Shown: positions 1 through 10,290, numbered from the stretch's first letter. The stretch is 64,000 nt of DNA from Candidatus Latescibacterota bacterium (GCA_965226795.1 CBDDDZ010000003.1:352001-416000), one strand, 5' to 3'. A program made the numbers and translations. Notes: a model not told the origin generated them from the sequence alone.

Positions 1-47
1 TCGAGTTTTGAGCGGCACGACGGTACCTTCGCAGCCACGGAGACCGG

Positions 48-1169
48 ATGATGGATGGCGGGTTTCCACTCACCCGAATTGTGCGCGGTTTGCCCGCAAG
101 CGTGCCGTTCGTGGGGCCTGAAGCGCTGGAACGTCGACGCGGAAAGGCCTTCAGGGTGAGGGTCGGGGCAAATGAAAGCGCTTTTGGGATTTCGCCGCGT
201 GCGCGTGACGTGATGTTGCGGGCCATTGACCGGGTGAGTTGGTACAACGATCCGGAGAATTATGCAATCCGTGCCGCAATTGCCGGATTCCACGGAGTTC
301 CGTTTGAAAACGTCAGCGTGGGCAGCGGAATCGATGACCTGCTGGGGCTTGTCGTGCGGGTTTTTGTGGAGCCCGGTGAGACGGTCGTGACATCCCTGGG
401 GGCCTATCCAACGTTCAACTACCACGTGACGGGGTTCGGCGGCCACCTGCATTTCGTGCCTTACCGGGATGACAGAAATGACCTGGAGGGACTGGCTGAA
501 GCTGCCGCGGCGACCGAAGCCCGGTTGGTGTATCTGTCCAATCCGGACAACCCCTCAGGCACCTGGCATACGTCGACGAATATCAGGGCATTTGAAAAAT
601 CACTACCGGAACGGTGTCTGCTGATTCTGGACGAGGCGTATTCGGAATTCGCTACCCAGGACGCGCCATCGCCAATGGCGCCGATCCAGCCACGGGTCAT
701 TCGCATGCGTACGTTCTCCAAGGCGCACGGGATGGCAGGGGCGAGGATCGGATATGCAGTTGCAGACGCAGTCGTAGTGGAAGCGCTTTCGAAGGTGCGG
801 CACCATTACGGCGTGAATCGCGTCGCACAGGCGGGGGCGCTGGCCTCGCTTGAAGATTCGGCTTTCGTGGCGAACGTGGTAAACTCGGTTGTGGAAGGCA
901 GGGCGGACTATGCGAGGCTGGGGGAAAGTCTCGGCTTGCCCACGCTGCCCTCAGCCGCGAATTTTGTGGCGTTCGATGCGGGAACGGCGCAACGCGCGAA
1001 TACGATTCTGGAAACACTGCAGAGGCACGGCGCATTTGTGCGCAAACCGGCGGCGGCGCCTCTGGACAGGTGTTTCAGGGTAACGGTGGGGACGCCGGCG
1101 GAGCGGCTGTTGTTCGCCGGGATATTGAGGTCTGTCCTTGGAGAACTATCGCGGGAGCGGTCCCCGTGA
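48..1169 (+). CDS. PLP-dependent aminotransferase class I/II, histidinol-phosphate aminotransferase-like
   Basis: Motifs NPDNPSG, ILDEAY, RTFSKAHGMAGARIGY (PLP lysine), RVTVG. Confidence 0.9.
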   Translation: MMDGGFPLTRIVRGLPASVPFVGPEALERRRGKAFRVRVGANESAFGISPRARDVMLRAIDRVSWYNDPENYAIRAAIAGFHGVPFENVSVGSGIDDLLGLVVRVFVEPGETVVTSLGAYPTFNYHVTGFGGHLHFVPYRDDRNDLEGLAEAAAATEARLVYLSNPDNPSGTWHTSTNIRAFEKSLPERCLLILDEAYSEFATQDAPSPMAPIQPRVIRMRTFSKAHGMAGARIGYAVADAVVVEALSKVRHHYGVNRVAQAGALASLEDSAFVANVVNSVVEGRADYARLGESLGLPTLPSAANFVAFDAGTAQRANTILETLQRHGAFVRKPAAAPLDRCFRVTVGTPAERLLFAGILRSVLGELSRERSP

Positions 1170-1340
1170 TCGCCTTTGAACCGAAGCTCTGCCCGCACGC
1201 GACCCCCCGGTGCTTTGAGATGCCCAAACGTGTCCGGAGAAACGCGTAAAACGGAAAATGAAATTCGGAAACGGTTACCTCGTGTTCTGTCCCGGAAATA
1301 GATTGCCGTAATTCGGCCGGTGAGTCGCCCGGCTCGCATC

Positions 1341-1443
1341 CTTCGACAGGCTCAGGAACCAGCGCCTGCGACCTGCGCACGGTCAGCGAGCGAGGGCACT
1401 TCGACAAGCTTGCTTCGACAGGCTCAGCACAGGCAGCGCAAGC
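1341..1443. repeat. Cluster of CTTCGACA(A/G)GCTCAG REP-like repeats
   Basis: CTTCGACAGGCTCAG at 1341 and 1413; CTTCGACAAGCT at 1399; all intergenic. Confidence 0.7.
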
Positions 1444-1520
1444 AACGCAGCGAGACGGGATAAACCGGCGGACGAATGGTGACATATTTCTGGGACAGAA
1501 CACCAGCTGCGGAGGCGGAC

Positions 1521-2300
1521 ATGGACGAGCCAAAAACGTTGGATCTATTTCGGCTGGATGGTCGTGCAGCCCTGATTACCGGCGGATCGAAGGGCCTGGG
1601 AAGGGAAATGGCGCTGGCACTGGCCGAGGCGGGCGCCGCAACCATGGTATGTTCGAGAAACGGGGCGGACTGCGAATCGGTTGCGGCGGAAATCGCGGCA
1701 CAGACGGGGCGGGAGAGCCTGGGGCTGGCCGTCGACGTGACAGTGGAAGAGGACGTGGCCCGCCTGATGCAAGTCGTTACGGATCGCTTTGGGCGGCTGG
1801 ATGTTCTGGTCAACTGCGCGGGAATCAACATCCGGCATCCCATCGATCGTTTTCCCGTCGATGAATTCAGACAGGTAATCGATACCAATCTGACCGGATC
1901 CTGGCTTTGCTGCAGGGCCGCGGGGTCGATAATGACGTCTCAGAAAAGCGGATCGGTGATTAACGTGGGGTCGACGCTGAGCGCCGTAGGCCTGGCCGAA
2001 CGCTCGGCATACTGTTCGTCCAAGGCCGGGATCGCCGGACTGACCCGGGCGCTCGCGCTGGAATGGGCGCCGTTCGGGGTGCGGTGCAACGCGCTTTGCC
2101 CCGGGCCGTTTCTCACAGAGATCAACAGGCCGCTTTTGAAGACACCCGACAAGGTAAAGAGTCTGCTCAGCCAGACGGCGTTCAATCGCTGGGGCGAATT
2201 GCGCGAGATCCGTGGCGCAGCGCTGTTTCTCGCCAGCGACGCATCGACTTATATGACGGGAACATCGTTGTTTGTAGACGGCGGATGGACTGCTCGCTGA
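1521..2300 (+). CDS. Short-chain dehydrogenase/reductase (gluconate 5-dehydrogenase/FabG-like)
   Basis: TGGSKGLG, NCAG, YCSSK, VDGG motifs; GGAGG RBS before ATG 1521. Confidence 0.92.
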   Translation: MDEPKTLDLFRLDGRAALITGGSKGLGREMALALAEAGAATMVCSRNGADCESVAAEIAAQTGRESLGLAVDVTVEEDVARLMQVVTDRFGRLDVLVNCAGINIRHPIDRFPVDEFRQVIDTNLTGSWLCCRAAGSIMTSQKSGSVINVGSTLSAVGLAERSAYCSSKAGIAGLTRALALEWAPFGVRCNALCPGPFLTEINRPLLKTPDKVKSLLSQTAFNRWGELREIRGAALFLASDASTYMTGTSLFVDGGWTAR

Positions 2301-2410
2301 AGCGAACGTTCGGAGTCCGGATGGAGACCTGGTGCAGCGCAACAGACGGGATGAACCGGCGGGAGAACGGTGACATATTTCCAGGAAAGGACATTGGAGT
2401 GGGATGGTCA

Positions 2411-3508
2411 ATGGAATTTATCCTGAAGAAGTTTTCACGATGGGCGGTCAGGCTGGTTTTGGGAAGCGTGATGCTGGCGGGCGTCCCGAGTGCCGGGCAG
2501 GGGCCGCCGTTCTACGAGGATAAGATGAAGATGCTGGTCTACGTGGATGCAGAGGGCACGGAGCGGACGGTAACGAACGCGGAGGACTGGAAGAATCGGC
2601 GGGCGCATATTCTGGCGAATATGGAAAAGGTAATGGGACCCCTTCCCGACCGTTCCAACATTCCTGCTCTGGAAATGGAGGTGGTGAGTACCGAGGACCT
2701 GGGCGACGTGACGCGGAAGAAGATCACGTTCGTGTCGGAACCGGGGGATCGCGTGCCGGCGTACCTGCTGGTCCCGAAGGGCTTGAACGGAAAGGCGCCT
2801 GCAATGTTGTGCCTGCATCAGACAACGAAGATCGGGAAGGGAGAACCCGCGGGAGTCGGCGGGAACCCCGATCTGCACTATGCGATGGAACTTGCCCGGA
2901 GAGGTTACGTAACGCTGGCGCCGGACTACGTGAATTTTGGAGAGTACGAATTCGACCCATATCAAAATGGTTACGTCAGCGCCACGATGAACGGGATCTG
3001 GAACCACATGCGGGCAGTCGACCTGCTGCAGTCGCTGCCGGAAGTGGATGCCCGGCGGGTCGGAAGTATCGGGCATTCCCTGGGCGGTCACAATTCCATG
3101 TTTCTGTCCGCATTCGATCCTCGGTTAAAGGTCGTAGTATCCAGTTGCGGTTTTAATTCGTTCTTCAAATATTACAATGGCGACCTGACGGGCTGGAGCC
3201 ATCGGGGTTATATGCCCCTCATTTCAGAACGGTACGGCAAAGATCCGAAGCAGATGCCGTTCGACTTTACTGAGGTGGTTGCCGCCCTCGCGCCGCGGGG
3301 TTTTTTCATCAACGCACCCGCGCGAGACGGCAATTTTGAAGTATCCGGTGTGAAAGACTGTGTCCGGGCGGCCGCGCCTGTCTACACGTTGCTGGGCGCC
3401 TCCGACCGCCTGCTTGCGGTACATCCCGACGCGGAGCACGCGTTTCCGCCGGATATCCGCGAGCAGGCATATGCGTTTGTGGATGAAGTATTGAAAGCCG
3501 GTGATTAG
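2411..3508 (+). CDS. Alpha/beta hydrolase (dienelactone hydrolase/acetyl xylan esterase-like), probably secreted
   Basis: GHSLGG nucleophile elbow; C-terminal His (EHAFP); signal-peptide-like N-terminus from ATG 2411. Confidence 0.85.
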   Translation: MEFILKKFSRWAVRLVLGSVMLAGVPSAGQGPPFYEDKMKMLVYVDAEGTERTVTNAEDWKNRRAHILANMEKVMGPLPDRSNIPALEMEVVSTEDLGDVTRKKITFVSEPGDRVPAYLLVPKGLNGKAPAMLCLHQTTKIGKGEPAGVGGNPDLHYAMELARRGYVTLAPDYVNFGEYEFDPYQNGYVSATMNGIWNHMRAVDLLQSLPEVDARRVGSIGHSLGGHNSMFLSAFDPRLKVVVSSCGFNSFFKYYNGDLTGWSHRGYMPLISERYGKDPKQMPFDFTEVVAALAPRGFFINAPARDGNFEVSGVKDCVRAAAPVYTLLGASDRLLAVHPDAEHAFPPDIREQAYAFVDEVLKAGD

Positions 3509-3577
3509 CGGTAGGAACGCGCATTCATCGGAAACTGAACTGCTGCCAACCGGAGCGTTAACCGGTGGGGAGAAAAA

Positions 3578-4912
3578 ATGGCCGATCTGAAACTGGAAAG
3601 AATCGAGCGCTGGGCACCGCATCCTTCTGCCGCGCCGTTGACCGAGCGGGGCGGAAATACGTTCGCGGCGGCTGCCAATGGAACACGGACCTGCGTGGGC
3701 GGGTGGCAGGCGGTATTCTCGGGGGTCGAACCGGGTCGGACGCTCCGGGCGACCTGGGAGGTGGATTACAGGGCACTCGAACACCCGAGGGACACGCTGC
3801 GCTGCAAATCCTATTGGGGAGAGATGCCGCCGGACAACGCGACAGTACGTACAAATGAAATTCAGGGATGGGACTACCTGCTGCCGGAGCCTGTCGGAAC
3901 GGGAACGATCCGGTTTTCCCGGACGTTCACTGCACCCGAAGGGGTCAGCCGGTTGACGTTGCGCTGCACGTTCCGGTGGGCAACCGCGGGTGAGTCCGAG
4001 TGGCATCTGCCCGAGGTAAAGGTTGTCGAGGCGCCGGAGATGCCCACGGCGATAAAGGTGGCGGTGGTAACCGGCAAGGCGGGATCGCGGAAGGGACCTT
4101 TTACCACGGTTGCCGAAAATATCGACTATTATCTGCCGCTGTGCGAGGCGGCGTGCGAAACGGGGCCGGACCTGATTGTTTTGCCGGAAATCGCCCTGCA
4201 GTGGGGGATTTCAGGGAGTCCCATCGATCTGGCGGTACCGTTGCCAGGCCCGGAAACGGAACCGTTTTCGGATCTTGCCCGCCAACACGGGCTGTACCTG
4301 CTGCTGGGCCTGATTGAGCGAGATGGCGACGCGGTTCACAATACCGCGGCGCTCATCGGGCCGGACGGGGCGGTGGATGGCAGGTATCGAAAGGTGCATC
4401 TGGCCGTGGGTGGCGAGAGCGAATCCGGGATTCTTCCCGGTGACGGGTTTCCAATGTTCGATACGGTAATCGGACGCATCGGATGCAATATCTGTATGGA
4501 CAGCTCGGCCGCGGAATCCTCACGGATGGTGGGATTGAGCGGAGCGGACTTCCTCCTGTTGCCAATCATGGGCGATCACCGCGCCAGCAGGTGGAGTCCG
4601 GGATCGCCGATCTTCAGCGAGGACCGCTGGAAGGCCATCATGCGAACCCGAGCAATGGACAATCAGGTGTGTATGGTGGTTGCACGGAATACGACGCAGG
4701 GCAGCTGTATCGTGGATAGAAAGGGCGACATCCTGGCGTGGAACGAGGGAGATTGCGACCATATTCTGGCAATGGTGGATCTGGCGGACGGGTTTCGGAC
4801 CTGGAATGGGGGGTGCTTCAGGGAGGTGAACTGGATGCAGCGCCGTCCGCATCTTTATGAGGCTTACAGCGACGAGTCAAACCGGGGGTCGTTGACAGCC
4901 TCGGTGTATTAG
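3578..4912 (+). CDS. Carbon-nitrogen hydrolase (nitrilase family) with N-terminal extension
   Basis: Glu-Lys-Cys triad motifs VLPE, YRKVHL, NICMD. Confidence 0.88.
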   Translation: MADLKLERIERWAPHPSAAPLTERGGNTFAAAANGTRTCVGGWQAVFSGVEPGRTLRATWEVDYRALEHPRDTLRCKSYWGEMPPDNATVRTNEIQGWDYLLPEPVGTGTIRFSRTFTAPEGVSRLTLRCTFRWATAGESEWHLPEVKVVEAPEMPTAIKVAVVTGKAGSRKGPFTTVAENIDYYLPLCEAACETGPDLIVLPEIALQWGISGSPIDLAVPLPGPETEPFSDLARQHGLYLLLGLIERDGDAVHNTAALIGPDGAVDGRYRKVHLAVGGESESGILPGDGFPMFDTVIGRIGCNICMDSSAAESSRMVGLSGADFLLLPIMGDHRASRWSPGSPIFSEDRWKAIMRTRAMDNQVCMVVARNTTQGSCIVDRKGDILAWNEGDCDHILAMVDLADGFRTWNGGCFREVNWMQRRPHLYEAYSDESNRGSLTASVY

Positions 4913-4960
4913 GACGTCATCCAAAATCTCCCTTCTTCTCAAAAGGGAATGGAGGAAACA

Positions 4961-4999
4961 CCAGAAGCGCCGGGCGAGACATCCGCCGGGCGCTTCTGG
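4961..4999. terminator. Hairpin between convergent genes
   Basis: CCAGAAGCGCC...GGCGCTTCTGG inverted repeat. Confidence 0.55.
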
Positions 5000-5001
5000 T
5001 G

Positions 5002-5778
5002 TCAGGCCGGTTCTCTATGTTTGAACAACAGAATGCCCGCGGCAACGGCCACATTAAGAGAATTCGTGCCTGCAGCCATGGGTATGGAAACGGTCTGGTG
5101 AACGCGGCGCTGGAGATCCGGGTCGACGCCGACGGTCTCGTTGCCGAACAGAAAGGCGACGCGGCCTTTCTGTGTGATCTTGTAGAATGGCGTACCCTGG
5201 AGTTGGGTGGAAAGAATGTAGACACCCCGCTGCCGGAGGTCCCGGATCAGCGTGGATAGATCCTCGTTTCGAAAAACGGGAAGGCGAAAAATGGAACCAC
5301 GGGAGGCGCGCACAACTTTGGAATTGTAGAGTTCGACGGAACCCGTTGACAGGAAAACGGCGGCCGCGCCGGCGGCCTCGGCGGTGCGGAGAACCAGGCC
5401 GAGGTTGTTGGGGTCGCGCAACCGGTCGAAAAGAAGGAGAGGGCCGCTTGAGTCCAGGGCCTCATCCCGGTTTCGCGCCAGGAATCGCACCACGCCCAGC
5501 ACGCCTTCGGGATTCTGATGTTCGCCCATATTTCTGATCGCGCGACGGTCTGTCTGTTGCACGGATATTTCACGGAACGTAGCCTCGCGGCGAAACTGCT
5601 GCAGGCGTTTGTCGACCTTGAGGATATCCCGGTCGAAGATCAGTTGCTCGATGGGAGCGTCTGACTGGAGGGCTTCTTCGACAAGGCGAATGCCTTCGAT
5701 AACGAATTGACCTTCGCGGTCTCGCGCCTTGCGGTTCCTGATTAGCGCAAGGATCTTGCGCGCGTTTTTTACGGGCAT
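5002..5778 (-). CDS. TrmH/SpoU family RNA 2'-O-methyltransferase
   Basis: DPNNLG..LRTA, FGNE..GV and SLNVAVAAGI SPOUT motifs. Confidence 0.92.
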   Translation of the reverse strand: MPVKNARKILALIRNRKARDREGQFVIEGIRLVEEALQSDAPIEQLIFDRDILKVDKRLQQFRREATFREISVQQTDRRAIRNMGEHQNPEGVLGVVRFLARNRDEALDSSGPLLLFDRLRDPNNLGLVLRTAEAAGAAAVFLSTGSVELYNSKVVRASRGSIFRLPVFRNEDLSTLIRDLRQRGVYILSTQLQGTPFYKITQKGRVAFLFGNETVGVDPDLQRRVHQTVSIPMAAGTNSLNVAVAAGILLFKHREPA

Positions 5779-5817
5779 AGGTAGTTTGAGACGACGGACT
5801 TCGGATCGACGTACCGT

Positions 5818-5988
5818 CTATTGGTGTTCGCCCGAATCGGACTCGGCTTCCCGGTTGCCGATGGATTCGCGTAGTGCCTGGAGTTCGGTCCATATCTCAC
5901 GTTCGCGACGGCCGAGGCCCAGGAAATAGATGAGTATCACCGCCCATATAATGGCGTAGGCGGCGGCCATGTAACCGAGGTGTTGCAT
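5818..5988 (-). CDS. ccmD: CcmD-like heme exporter small membrane protein (56 aa, not in ORF track)
   Basis: Hand translation MQHLGYMAAAYAIIWAVILIYFLGLGRREREIWTELQALRESIGNREAESDSGEHQ; one TM plus charged helix; GGAGG RBS; directly downstream of ccmC. Confidence 0.8.
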   Translation of the reverse strand: MQHLGYMAAAYAIIWAVILIYFLGLGRREREIWTELQALRESIGNREAESDSGEHQ

Positions 5989-6015
5989 AACGATCCTCCG
6001 GAAGCTCCAGACAGG

Positions 6016-6729
6016 TCAGCCCGAGATATGCTGAACCTGCGTTGACGTAACGCGCGCCTCGGCCTTCAGGGATTCGAGTTCGTCCCGGGCAAGTTCGAGC
6101 GAGACGCGTCTGGCCAGAATGGCGGCGAAGAGCACAATGAACACGGCGGCGCAGAAGACGAACGCAAACAGCATGTCTGGCGGGAGTCCAATTTTCTCAG
6201 CCCGAACGACCTCGGGATGCTGGGTGCGCCACAGCCGCGTTGAGTAATGGATGAGTGGGGCGTCAAGAAAGCCGATGATACCCAGTACAGCCCGGAACCT
6301 GGCGCTCTGCAAGGGGTCTTCACTGTAACTCTTCAACATCATGTAGGCGACAAAAATAAGCCAGAGGACCAGAGTGAGGGTCAACTGAGCGTCCCACACC
6401 CACCAGGCGCCCCAGACGGGTTTCGCCCAGATGGGGCCGGTGAGAAGCACGAGCGTGCAGAAGAGGAGACCGACTTCGGCGGCGCACGCAGCCCATATGT
6501 CCCACCGTTTTTCCCTTCGAACGAGATACAGAATGCTGAAGACGAAAACGAGGAAAAAAGCGGCGTACATCGCGAAGGCCGAAGGCACGTGAAAATAGAA
6601 TATTTTCTGAGCGAGGCCCATTTGCCTTTCCATGCTTGCGTACACGAGGGCAAGGTAGGGCGCAACCAGCATACCAATCAGCGCCAGGACGCCGAAGATA
6701 CGGGACCAAAGGTACAGCCGTTTCCCCAT
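6016..6729 (-). CDS. ccmC: Heme exporter protein C
   Basis: IFYFHVP, WWD motif WAKPVWGAWWVWD, and WRTQHP. Confidence 0.93.
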   Translation of the reverse strand: MGKRLYLWSRIFGVLALIGMLVAPYLALVYASMERQMGLAQKIFYFHVPSAFAMYAAFFLVFVFSILYLVRREKRWDIWAACAAEVGLLFCTLVLLTGPIWAKPVWGAWWVWDAQLTLTLVLWLIFVAYMMLKSYSEDPLQSARFRAVLGIIGFLDAPLIHYSTRLWRTQHPEVVRAEKIGLPPDMLFAFVFCAAVFIVLFAAILARRVSLELARDELESLKAEARVTSTQVQHISG

Positions 6730-6730
6730 A

Positions 6731-7411
6731 TCACTCCTCGATCACATAATCGAACAAAAGCACGCAGGCCGCCACGAACAGCAGCGCGAATGCACCGCCG
6801 ATGTTGATCCAGGCGGATATATCGGAGAGAGAATCACCCGCCAGCACCGCCCGGAACGACTCGACGGCCGCCAGAAGGGCCGGAACCAGCACCGGAAGGG
6901 TAAGCATTGGCAACAGGGCCTCCTGGAGCCGGGTCTTGAGCGACATCGCGGCGAAGAGAGTGCCGACGGCCGCGAATCCGAGGGTACCCAGCAGAAGCCC
7001 GGGAAGCAGGCGGGGCAGGTGTTGCCAGACGGCGATATTCAGAAAGACAACCATAAGCGGGAGAATCAGGGCTTCCACCAACAGCATGGCGCAGAGGTTC
7101 GCCAGCATTTTACCCAGGTAGATGGCGCCACTGTCGGCGGGTGAAAGCAGGAGGCCCGTCAGGCAGTCGTTGTCGCGTTCCGAGACGAAGGAGCGCGTCA
7201 GGCCCATGAAACCGGAGAACGTAACGGCGATCCAGAAGACGCCAGGCGCCGCGTTTCTAATGGTTTCCGAGCCGGGTGTGAATGCAAAATTAAAGACGAG
7301 GAGCACCAGAAACGCGAAAAAGCACATTGCGCTCAGCCGTTCTTTGGTGCGTACCTCGGTCTTGAAATCTTTCCAGAAAACAGCGGAAACCTGTTGGAAG
7401 AAGAGGACCAA
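6731..7411 (-). CDS. ccmB: Heme exporter protein B
   Basis: Multi-TM protein; WKD...E.R N-terminus, ERDNDCL..LLL, LLP.LTLP motifs; operon position. Confidence 0.9.
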   Translation of the reverse strand: MVLFFQQVSAVFWKDFKTEVRTKERLSAMCFFAFLVLLVFNFAFTPGSETIRNAAPGVFWIAVTFSGFMGLTRSFVSERDNDCLTGLLLSPADSGAIYLGKMLANLCAMLLVEALILPLMVVFLNIAVWQHLPRLLPGLLLGTLGFAAVGTLFAAMSLKTRLQEALLPMLTLPVLVPALLAAVESFRAVLAGDSLSDISAWINIGGAFALLFVAACVLLFDYVIEE

Positions 7412-7471
7412 CGGCGCTCCCGTTCCCGCGTTGCACCGGACTTCAGAACTCGGCGGACACCTGTTCCGCCC

Positions 7472-8212
7472 TTATCCTGACGCCCGGATTGCGGGAGGAT
7501 ATTGGTTTATGGCATTCTCATAGCAACTTTCCATCGCCTCGATCGACAATCCCCCGGTTTCTCCCTTCGCGACAAACCGCCCCCGGTTCAGGATCGCGAA
7601 CCGATCCGTGAGAGCCAGACCCCGATGCAGATCGTGAGTAACCAGAATGACCGTACGACCGTCCCGGCGAAGCTGGCGCAACCGGTCGCTCAACATGGCG
7701 CATGCGGCGGCGTCCAGGCCCGCGAACGGCTCGTCGAGAAGAAGAACCGTGGGATGGTGGAGCGTGGCCCGGGCAATGGCGAGGCGTTGTTTCATGCCCC
7801 TGGAAAACCCGCGGACACGGTCGTGTTCCCTGCCGAAAAGACCGACGCCCTCCAGCGCCGTTCGCACACGTTCTTTCAGGTCGTGCAGACCGTAAAGGCG
7901 GCCATAGAAACGCAGGTTTTCACCTGCGGTCAGCTCTTCGTAGAGAAGGGTCTGGTGACAGATCAGCCCGATGTCCGCCCGCACGCGTTCCGGTTCCTTG
8001 CGGGCGTCCACGCCCCTGATAAAGATCCGCCCGTGCGTGGGTTTGGACAGGGTCGCAACAAGCCGCAGGAGAGTGGACTTGCCGGCCCCGTTCGGGCCGA
8101 GAAGAGCAAGGGCGCCACCTGGAACGATCAGGTCGATACCCTCCAGGGCGGCGAGGCGGCCGAACCGTTTTTCCACGTTTTCGAGAACGATGGCCGGAGC
8201 GGGCAAGGCCAC
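7472..8212 (-). CDS. ccmA: Heme ABC exporter ATP-binding protein
   Basis: GPNGAGKS, FSRGMKQR, LLLDEP; adjacent to ccmB. Confidence 0.9.
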   Translation of the reverse strand: MALPAPAIVLENVEKRFGRLAALEGIDLIVPGGALALLGPNGAGKSTLLRLVATLSKPTHGRIFIRGVDARKEPERVRADIGLICHQTLLYEELTAGENLRFYGRLYGLHDLKERVRTALEGVGLFGREHDRVRGFSRGMKQRLAIARATLHHPTVLLLDEPFAGLDAAACAMLSDRLRQLRRDGRTVILVTHDLHRGLALTDRFAILNRGRFVAKGETGGLSIEAMESCYENAINQYPPAIRASG

Positions 8213-8217
8213 AACGC

Positions 8218-9312
8218 CTACACCCCCTCATCCAGGACGCGGGTCATTTCAACAAGCTCCGCTTTAAAGGCATTTCGCCGGGCTCGGTAATCCTCTTCCG
8301 CAAGGCGGCCCTTCTCGTATCGGTCGTCCATGTCCGCAATCTGGTGGACCAGGGCGTTTCTTCGGTCCCGAAGGTCGGGCCGGCCTTCGGCTGTTTTCAC
8401 CGCCGGGGAACCGGTCTTTCCGACGGGCCGAAAGAAGATGGCCAGGAGAGCAAAACCGATCGCCAGGCCAAGCAGCACCCACTTCAGGTCGATGTCGCCA
8501 GGCAAAGCCGAAAGGGACCACGGCGACGCATTGAATTCCAGGTCGATCCGGTCCCCCCGGTTGAATGCGGCCCCCGAGAACCTGCGAAAGCTGTGCTGTT
8601 CGAACGTGACATCGCCCCTGTCCTGAAGCGCGCCCGCGGCGATGTCCGTACCCGGCGGGCTGACGAAGACATCCACAGTTCCGGTGGGATAGCTCACGGT
8701 TTGCGACAGACGCCCGGAGGCGGGCATGTCGAAGGCAAACAAAAGCTGGCTAAGGCCCGGACGGACGGGGTCCGGATTCACGAGGACGTCGCCGTGGGTG
8801 TGAAGACCCTGTGGGCCGCCCCTGACTTCCGTCACGCCGTCGGGAAGGAAAACCTCCAGGCCATGTCCATGCCCCTCGCCGGTCTTGAACGTGCGGTTGC
8901 CATGGTTCTGTACAATCAGGATCTGTTCGACCCGCTTTTCGGCCGCGTCGACGATGATGTGGTGTGAAACGACGGAGACGGCCGTGTCAGAGTCGGTGGT
9001 TTCGAAGACGGCGATTTCGTTGGGGCCGTCCACAACCCGCTGGACGTAATTGACGCCAGCATGGGACGCGGAAAGAAACCAGAGCGCGTCACCTCCGTCC
9101 GGGGCCTGGAACGAGAACCGCCCGTGCGCGTCGGTCGTATCTTGAAGGAAAACTTCGGATTCGGCGCCCTGGCGACTCAGCAACACCACGCAGTCCGGCT
9201 GGGGCTGAGATTGCGTTTCGTTGGTGATACGGCCAATGACGAGGCCGTGGGCGGGGGAAGCGTCCGAAAAGCCAACCAGCAGGAAAACGAGGCAGCAGAG
9301 ACGTTTGCTCAT
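8218..9312 (-). CDS. Uncharacterised ccm-operon membrane protein (signal peptide, periplasmic beta domains, TM, C-terminal CcmI-like helical motif)
   Basis: ATG 9312 overlaps the upstream stop; C-terminus LVHQIADMDDRYEKGRLAEEDY. Confidence 0.7.
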   Translation of the reverse strand: MSKRLCCLVFLLVGFSDASPAHGLVIGRITNETQSQPQPDCVVLLSRQGAESEVFLQDTTDAHGRFSFQAPDGGDALWFLSASHAGVNYVQRVVDGPNEIAVFETTDSDTAVSVVSHHIIVDAAEKRVEQILIVQNHGNRTFKTGEGHGHGLEVFLPDGVTEVRGGPQGLHTHGDVLVNPDPVRPGLSQLLFAFDMPASGRLSQTVSYPTGTVDVFVSPPGTDIAAGALQDRGDVTFEQHSFRRFSGAAFNRGDRIDLEFNASPWSLSALPGDIDLKWVLLGLAIGFALLAIFFRPVGKTGSPAVKTAEGRPDLRDRRNALVHQIADMDDRYEKGRLAEEDYRARRNAFKAELVEMTRVLDEGV

Positions 9313-9737
9313 GGAGTTGGTTCCGCGAGGGCTTTGCCGCATCGAGGACAAAAGCGGGCGCCCTCGGGCGTCGAACTGCCGCACCGGTCACAGGTGGCCG
9401 TGTCTCTTTCTCTGAGCGCGGCGATTTCCTGTTCGATGCGATCCTCGATTCCTACCGGGGGGCCGGCGGTTTCTTCGATCGCCCTCATCAGTTCCACGGC
9501 CCGGGTCTCGTAACGTAAGCGGGTGGCGCGGTAATCGTCCTCTTCGACCTTTCCCATGCGGTAGTCGAAGTCCAGTTCGCGGATGGCGTCATATAAGGCT
9601 TCCCTGTCCTCAAGGAGCTGGTTTCCACGACCGGATCCGGCATCCGTCTCTCCAATCCGACCTCGCGTCGTAATAAACGGGCGAAACAGAAAGATGAAGA
9701 CGACCGCGACAATAACGATGCAGACCGCGACGCTCAC
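9309..9737 (-). CDS. CcmI N-terminal-like membrane protein with zinc ribbon
   Basis: N-terminal TM, AIRELDFDYRMGKVEEDDY motif, CDRCG...FCPRCG. Confidence 0.75.
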   Translation of the reverse strand: MSVAVCIVIVAVVFIFLFRPFITTRGRIGETDAGSGRGNQLLEDREALYDAIRELDFDYRMGKVEEDDYRATRLRYETRAVELMRAIEETAGPPVGIEDRIEQEIAALRERDTATCDRCGSSTPEGARFCPRCGKALAEPTP

Positions 9738-10255
9738 AGATCTCGCTCCCTGAGTTCCTGTTCCAGCCTCAATCTGTACGGGTCGTCCGGTTTTGTATCC
9801 GGGACCTGGCTGGCGGCGGGAGCGACACGTTTCCGCGACCAGTTGCGTAACACCACATACACCGCAATGGCGCCGAGCAGCAGGACCACAATGGGCATGA
9901 TCCAGGCGGTGAGGTTGAAGCCCTCGGCCGGGGGCGTCACATACGCTTCCTGTCCGAATTCCGCAACAAAGCCGGCGACGATGGTTTCCTTATCCTGTCC
10001 CGCTTCCAGCGCTTCGGCAATGCGTGATCTTTTTCGATCCGCCCAACCGCAAGCGCACTCATCCAGTGGCCGGCGAGGACAGTCGCCGCAGAGACAGGCG
10101 AGGCCCTTTGCCACTTCTCTCACCTGTTCCTGCGTAACTTCGGCGGATACGGAGTACGCAAGCGAGAGAAGCAGAAGTGCCGGGACGATCATCCCCGCCC
10201 GGAAAACGACGCGCCGTGAAATGACCCTACCGGTTTTCTTCCGCTTTCCATTCAT
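9734..10255 (-). CDS. ccmH: Cytochrome c biogenesis protein CcmH-like
   Basis: LACLCGDC motif, FVAEFG...PP..GFNLTAW..P, TM; follows ccmF; start uncertain. Confidence 0.8.
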   Translation of the reverse strand: MNGKRKKTGRVISRRVVFRAGMIVPALLLLSLAYSVSAEVTQEQVREVAKGLACLCGDCPRRPLDECACGWADRKRSRIAEALEAGQDKETIVAGFVAEFGQEAYVTPPAEGFNLTAWIMPIVVLLLGAIAVYVVLRNWSRKRVAPAASQVPDTKPDDPYRLRLEQELRERDL

Positions 10256-10290
10256 CGATGATACTCTTTTGTTTTTCAGGCCGTAGCCTT

